The notes below the pieces were generated by a model, which ran no database searches, had not been told where the DNA came from, and saw only the letters and a program-made list of their open reading frames with translations. A stretch of DNA of 64,000 nucleotides from an uncultured Planctomycetaceae bacterium (GTDB taxonomy: Bacteria > Planctomycetota > Planctomycetia > Isosphaerales > Isosphaeraceae): positions 3,744,001-3,808,000 of the forward strand of contig CAWIAD010000002.1 of the NCBI GenBank assembly GCA_963833985.1, written 5' to 3'. The position numbers and the translations under genes were made by a program. Position 1 is the stretch's first letter. Each line of letters starts with the position of its first letter. Shown here piece after piece: positions 58,156 to 64,000 of the stretch.

Positions 58156-60084
58156 ATGGCGAACGGATCTTCGACTTATAACGCGAAATCGATCACGGTG
58201 CTGGAGGGCCTGGAGGCCGTCCGCCGCCGGCCGGGCATGTATATCGGCGGAGTGGACAAGGCGGGGCTGCACCACCTGCTCTGGGAGATCGTCGACAACG
58301 CCGTGGACGAGGTGATGAACGGGCACGCCAGCCGCATCGTCGTCACCCTCCAGACCGACGGCAAGACCATCTCGGTGGCGGACAACGGCCGCGGCATCCC
58401 CGTCGACATCCACCCGAAGACGGGCAAAAGCGCGCTGGAGGTCATCTTCACGACCCTGCACGCCGGCGGCAAGTTCGACAACGACGCCTACAAGGTGGCC
58501 GGAGGCTTGCACGGCGTGGGGGCCAGCGTGGTCAACGCCCTCTCCAGGAGCCTCATTGCCGAGGTTCGCCGCGACGGCACAACGTATATGCAGAAGTACC
58601 GCAGGGGCAAGCCGCAGGGCGACATCGAGCAGGGTGAGCCGTCGCGCGGGTCCGGAACGACGGTGACCTTCACGCCCGATCCGGAGATCTTCCAGGCACT
58701 CGACTACGACCCCGCGCTCATCGCCGAGCGGCTCGACGTGAAGACCTACCTGAACAAGGGCCTGGTGATCCAGTTTGTGGATCAGAAGAACAAGACGAGC
58801 GTTGAGTTCCGCCACGACGGCGGCGTGGCCGACTTCCTCGACGCCATCCACACCCAGCGGCAGGACCAGAAAGTGGCGCCCTTGCCGTTTGTCCTGGAGC
58901 GCGAGGACGACGAGGACGGCGTGCGCTGCCACCTGGCGCTGGCCTGGACCGAGGCGACCGACGAGGACATCCGCTCGTTCGTGAACACGATCCCCACGCG
59001 CGATGGAGGGACCCACGAACTGGGCATGCTCTCGGCCGTGGGCACGGCCGTGCTCCGGTTCATGGAAACGCACGACCTGCTGAAGAAGGGCGTCGAGATC
59101 AAGCGGGAAGACATCCGGGAGGGGCTCACGGCCGTGCTGGCCATCTGCGTGCGTGAGCCGCAGTTCCAGGGCCAGACCAAGGGACGGCTGAACAACCCCG
59201 AGGTCCGCGCCCAGGTGGAGTCGATGGTCCGCCCCGCGCTCGAGAACTTCCTGCTCAAGAACAAGAGTGTGGGCGACGCCATCGCCAACCGGGTGCTCCA
59301 GGCGGCCCGCGCGCGTGAGGCCAGCCGCGCCGCCGCCTCCCAGGTGCGCCGCAAGACGGCCGTCGGCGGCCGGCTCAACCTGCCCGGCAAGCTTGCCGAC
59401 TGCGACAGCACCGATCCGGACTACTCGGAGATCTTCATCGTCGAGGGCGACAGCGCGGGCGGCTCGGCCAAGCAGGGCCGCGACCGCGACATCCAGGCCA
59501 TCCTCCCCCTCCGCGGCAAGGTGCTCAACGCCGAGCAAGCGGGCAAGGCCAAGGTCCTGGACAACAAGGAGCTCACCGACCTGATCAGCGCGCTGGGCTG
59601 CGGCCTGGACGATCAGTTCGACCTCTCCCGCCTGCGCTACGGCAAGATCATTCTGCTGACCGACGCCGACAGCGACGGACACCACATCGCGACCCTGCTG
59701 CTCACCTTCTTCTACCGGCACGTCCCCGGACTCTTCGCGGACGGCCGAATCTACCTGGCCTGTCCGCCCCTGTACCGGATTGGCTGGGGCAAGGAGATTT
59801 ACTGGGCCTCCGACGACGCCCACCGCGACCGCATCCTCGCCAAGCTGCCGAAGAACGCCAAACCGAACATCACCCGCTTCAAGGGACTCGGCGAGATGCC
59901 CGCGAAGCTTCTCTTCGAGACCACGCTCAACCCGGAAACGCGCCGCCTGCTGCGCGTGGTGATCAACGAGGACGACCGGCCTTACACCGAGCGCACCGTC
60001 AGCGACCTGATGGGCAAGGAGCCCGAAGCGCGGTTCAAGTTCATCATGGAAGAAGCCTACACGGCCAAGGATATCGACATTTGA
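58156..60084 (+). CDS. parE: Type IIA topoisomerase subunit B, ParE-like
   Basis: [50 protein letters not shown]. Confidence 0.8.
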   Translation: MANGSSTYNAKSITVLEGLEAVRRRPGMYIGGVDKAGLHHLLWEIVDNAVDEVMNGHASRIVVTLQTDGKTISVADNGRGIPVDIHPKTGKSALEVIFTTLHAGGKFDNDAYKVAGGLHGVGASVVNALSRSLIAEVRRDGTTYMQKYRRGKPQGDIEQGEPSRGSGTTVTFTPDPEIFQALDYDPALIAERLDVKTYLNKGLVIQFVDQKNKTSVEFRHDGGVADFLDAIHTQRQDQKVAPLPFVLEREDDEDGVRCHLALAWTEATDEDIRSFVNTIPTRDGGTHELGMLSAVGTAVLRFMETHDLLKKGVEIKREDIREGLTAVLAICVREPQFQGQTKGRLNNPEVRAQVESMVRPALENFLLKNKSVGDAIANRVLQAARAREASRAAASQVRRKTAVGGRLNLPGKLADCDSTDPDYSEIFIVEGDSAGGSAKQGRDRDIQAILPLRGKVLNAEQAGKAKVLDNKELTDLISALGCGLDDQFDLSRLRYGKIILLTDADSDGHHIATLLLTFFYRHVPGLFADGRIYLACPPLYRIGWGKEIYWASDDAHRDRILAKLPKNAKPNITRFKGLGEMPAKLLFETTLNPETRRLLRVVINEDDRPYTERTVSDLMGKEPEARFKFIMEEAYTAKDIDI

Positions 60085-60129
60085 GGTGCGCGTGCCGACT
60101 GGCCAGTCGCGGCAGAACGGGACTCATCG

Positions 60130-62058
60130 ATGACGACGAGAAGCCGGCCGCGATTCTGGGAGTGGATCGTCAGCCTGCTGATTCTCCTGGGCCTGGGGGT
60201 CCTCGCCCTGGGCATCTACCATCGTGCCGGGCGGCCCGACCCGCTCGCGGCTGCCCGCCTGGCCTACGAGCGCGGGGACTGGCCGCGCGCGGCGAGCCTG
60301 GCGCGTGAGCGTCTCCAGTCCGGCAAGGAGGATCCGGCGGCGCTGCGGCTGCTGGCCCGCTCGTCAATCCGCATGGGCCGTGATGCGGCCGGGGCAACCC
60401 TTTATCGTGAACGCCTGCCGGACGCCGCAAACGATTCAGAAGACGCCTTTCTGATCGGCCTCTCCGCCGGCCGCATGGGCGACGAGGCCCGGCGCTGGCC
60501 GTCTGGTCGAAGGCGGCAGAAGCCGGCGACCATCCGGAAACCCTCATGGCGCTGGCCAACCTGCTCTCGCGCATGCAGCGCTTCGATGAGTCCGCCAGGC
60601 TCGCCGAGCGTCTGGCGCGCGTTCCCGGCTGGGAGGCCGCGGGCTTCATGCTGCTGGGCACCAACCGCTTCTCGGTCGAGGACCACGCCGGCGCAAGCGA
60701 GGCGCTCCAGCGCGGTCTCGAGCTCGATCCGGAAGCTGCCAGGGCGCCTCTGGAACCGGCCGAGTATCGCAAGCTGCTGGCGCGCTGCCTGCTCCACCTG
60801 GGCCGGGCGGACAAGGCCGATCACTGGCTTGAACCTCTTCTTGTCGCTCCGGCGGGCAAGCCTGTCGATCTTGAAGCCGCCTGGCTCGCGAGCCGCTCGG
60901 CGCTCCAGCAAAAACAGCCCGATCGGTTCCGGACCGAGCTGGGCCGGTCCGGAGTCTATCGCACCGAGAACCCGCTCCAGCCCGAGCCGGCCCTCTACAC
61001 GGGATCGGACCGATGCGCGCGCTGCCATGCCGACGTCGCGCGGACACACGCGACCACGCGGCACGCACGCACGTTTCACCGCGGCCAGGCACTGCTCGCG
61101 TTGCCGCGGCCGGAAAAGCCGTTGCCCGATCCCGACGATCCCGCCGTGCGGCACGCCTTCGCCCTGGAACGGAACCGGCTCGTCATCAAGAGCCTTATCG
61201 AACCCAAGCTCTACGAGCTGGTGCTCGCGTACGCGTTCGGCACCACGGACCGGTACTTGACCATGATCGGCCGCGATGGCGATGGTGGTGGCGGCGATGG
61301 CGCCGGCACCTGGCGCGTCACGCCTGTCGTACTTCCACGGTCAGGGGCAATCGGGCTGGGGCAGGACCTCGGGAGACGTGGGCACCTCGGGTGTGGACAG
61401 CCTGCGCGGACAGACGATCTCCGTTCGCGACGGCGTGGTCCGGTGCCTTCAATGCCATGTCACCAATCCGCGGCAGTTTCGCAATCCCGACGCGATCGGT
61501 CCCGGTCCCGAAGCGGCCGACGCGGGCATTGGCTGCGAGCGCTGCCATGGGCCTGGCGGGAACCACGTGCTCGCGGTGGAGAATGACCTGGCCGACCGAG
61601 CGCTCATCAACATCGGTCCAGGCGCGGGCGAGGCCGCCACCGTGCAATGCCGCGACTGCCACGTGGTTGGCGACGCGTCCGAGATCCGCAACCGCCGCGA
61701 AGAGCCAATCTGGGTCCGCTCGCCGGGCATCACCCTCACCTTCAGCCGGTGCTACACGGAATCTTCAGGAGCGTTGAGCTGCCTGACCTGCCACGACCCG
61801 CATCGCGACGCCGAGCGATCCGCCGCGTTCTACGAGCGGAAATGCCTGGCGTGCCACGGGGCTTCCGGGACCGCAGCCGGGCCAGGCGCGGCAGCCACCA
61901 CCCGCACGGTGGTCTGCAAGGTGAACCCCGCGCGTGACTGCCTGAACTGCCACATGCCCAGGGTCCCCATGCCCGTGCTCCACACCGGGCTCACCGACCA
62001 CTTCATCCGCGTGCACCAGGAAGGCACGAGCGGGCCGGCAGCTCCCACCCCGCACTGA
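60130..62058 (+). CDS. TPR plus multiheme cytochrome c protein (frameshifts near 60490 and 61315)
   Basis: N-terminal TM, TPRs, seven CxxCH (CARCH, CLQCH, CERCH, CRDCH, CLTCH, CLACH, CLNCH), terminal TDHFIR. Confidence 0.85.
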
Positions 62059-62979
62059 GAGGGAGTTCGGAAACTTGGGTGGGCTGGACAGATTTTCTGA
62101 ATTGAGCAGAATCTTCTCAGGGGAAGGGTAGTCATCGAACAAGGGCGGAGCCCGATCATGGACGAGCGCACGGCGCGGAAGGCGTATGAGAGCGATCTTA
62201 CTGACGAAGAGTGGAGGATTGTCGAACCGCTCCTTCCTGCAGGGAAGTTCGGCGGCCGGCCGCGCACTACAAACATCCGCGAGGTGCTCAATGCGGTCTT
62301 CTACTTGTTGCGAACGGGATGCGCCTGGCGACTCTTGCCCCACGACTTTCCACCGGCGGGCACAGTCTACGATTACTTTCGAGCGTGGTCCCGTGACGGA
62401 ACTCTCCAACGAGTTCACGACATTCTTCGTCGACGGGTTCGTGTTGCAGCGGGCCGAAACGAGGAGCCCAGCGCGGCGTGCATTGACAGCCAATCGGCAA
62501 AGACAAACGAGCAAGGGGGGATCGATGGATACGATGCCGGGAAGAAGATCATGGGTGCAAGCGTCACATCCTGGTGGACACCATGGGGCTGATTCTGGCT
62601 GTGGTCGTTCATTCGGCAGGTATCCAGGATCGGGACGGGGCGAAGGCAGTTTTCGATGCGATCAGGAACGACCTGCCACGGCTGCAGTTGGTCTGGGCCG
62701 ACGGCGGCTACGCAGGCAAATTGGTGGAGTGGGTCAAGAGCGAGTGTGGTTGGGTCCTGGAGATCGTGAAACGAACGGACGACGTCAAGGGTTTTAAGCT
62801 CCTGCCCCACCGCTGGGTCGTGGAGCGAACCTTCGCCTGGTTGGGACGGTTTCGCCGAATGAGCAAGGATTATGAGTTCCATCCAGAAACGTCAGCGTCA
62901 ATGATTCATCTTGCTATGATCAACATTATGGTGCGTCGGCTTGCTGCTGCCTAAACCGCGCAACTTTCCAAACTCCCTC
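62059..62979 (+). mobile_element. Insertion sequence, IS5 family
   Basis: Left IR GAGGGAGTTCGGAAACTTG; reverse complement of right IR GAGGGAGTTTGGAAAGTTG; TGA duplicated at 62056-62058 and 62980-62982. Confidence 0.92.
62158..62954 (+). CDS. IS5-family transposase (frameshift near 62556)
   Basis: [60 protein letters not shown]. Confidence 0.9.
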
Positions 62980-63102
62980 TGAGATCGGCGCCGGACGCCG
63001 GGCTCTCTCCGAGTCGAAGCGCCGTGGAACTTCCAGAGGTTCTGGCTGGCCGCGGCCGCTGGGCTCAGGCGTTCGCGAGCCAGTGTCTGCGACATTCTGC
63101 CT

Positions 63103-64000
63103 TCAAAACCTGCTCATTCGATAGGGGCGAGGGTCGATGAAGGGATCTTCGCCTGCGAGCATCTGCGAGACGAGCTTGCCGGTGGCCGGCGCCATCGACA
63201 GGCCAAGCATGTTATGACCGGCGGCGACGTAGACATTGTCCATGGCCGGAGAGCGATCGATGATCGGCAGGCTGTCCCAGGTCATCGGCCGCCAGCCGTA
63301 CCACTGCTCCTCGATGGGCTCGCATTCGGGCTCGCGCAGGTAGGGCGCAGCGCCCTCGTGGAGAAGCTGGAGCCGCGCGGGATTGATGGATGTATCATAG
63401 CCGGAGAACTCCATCGTCGAGCCAATCCGGTAGCCGGTCTGGAACGGGGTGACGACGACGCGGGTCTCTGGAAAGATGATGGGCAGGCTCGGGCAGATGG
63501 ACGGCCTGGGCATGGTGAGGCTGTAGCCCTTGCCCGGCTGGATGGGAACCTTGCCGCCAAGCTCGAGGTTGAGCGTGGGCGTCCAGGCACCGGTGGCGAC
63601 GACGAAGGCGTCGGCCGCCAGTCCCTCTTCTTCCGTGAGTGCGGCGAGCGCCTTGCCGTTCTGACGGCGGAATCCTGCGCAGTCCGTTGTTCTCGCGGAT
63701 CTCGGCGCCGCCGGCCGCCAGCAGTGCGCGCCATGAGCGCATCAGCGTTTCGGGGCGCAGATGGGCGTCGTCTTCGTAATACCAGCCGCCGGCCAGGCCC
63801 GGCTTGAGCGCGGGCTCAAGCTCCGTGACGGCGTCGCCGTCGAACCGGCGGGCCGGGCAGTGGAAGGAGCCGGCAAGCAGGCGATCGGTGGCTGCATAGG
63901 CATCCATCTCCTGGGGCGAGCGGTAAGCAAAGAGCAGGCCCTTCTTCTGCCACTCGCAGCTCAGTGATTCGCGGTCGATCAGCTCGCCGTACAGCTCCAG
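63103..64000 (-). CDS. FAD-dependent D-amino acid dehydrogenase-like oxidoreductase, 3' part (frameshifted)
   Basis: ELEPALKPGLAGG...DAHLRP, VVATGAWTP, QPGKGYS, WYGWRPMT.D.LP.I, AAGHNMLGLSMAPATG. Confidence 0.85.

Noticed and set aside
55649..59823. Long antisense ORFs (here and at 1623-3083, 5067-6812, 12159-13814, 21498-23186)
   Set aside because: Shadow frames of well-supported genes, expected in high-GC DNA
62545..62575. Programmed frameshift in the IS5 transposase
   Set aside because: No slippery A-run; one missing C restores GRKRH

Overview
A GC-rich bacterial chromosomal window. The gene repertoire points to a planctomycete, probably Isosphaeraceae-like; this is an inference from the ECF sigma with long C-terminal extension, several Uma2/DUF820 genes, a HINT protein, a TPR-Ser/Thr kinase, a TPR-multiheme cytochrome and a PEP-CTERM protein. 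Core genes: ffh-rpsP-trmD-rplS, a cpxP/cpxR/cpxA-like unit, a GT4 glycosyltransferase, glcD-x-glcE-glcF, aceA-aceB with a divergent LysR, tRNA-Arg(CCG), a Tad/Cpa secretin, an ABC module, folD and a parC/parE-like topoisomerase pair. Two complete IS elements with readable ends are present: an IS1182-type element inside a REP-like palindrome and an IS5-type element that duplicates a stop codon. The most unusual part is 17.5-26.4 kb, a Uma2-rich patchwork. There the glyoxylate-shunt block sits between two 140-bp homologous copies of a Uma2-Uma2 junction with reciprocal truncations, and one Uma2 pair appears to interrupt another gene. About 20 frame breaks, including two in essential ffh, most likely reflect long-read indel errors, so pseudogene and fusion calls are treated cautiously.
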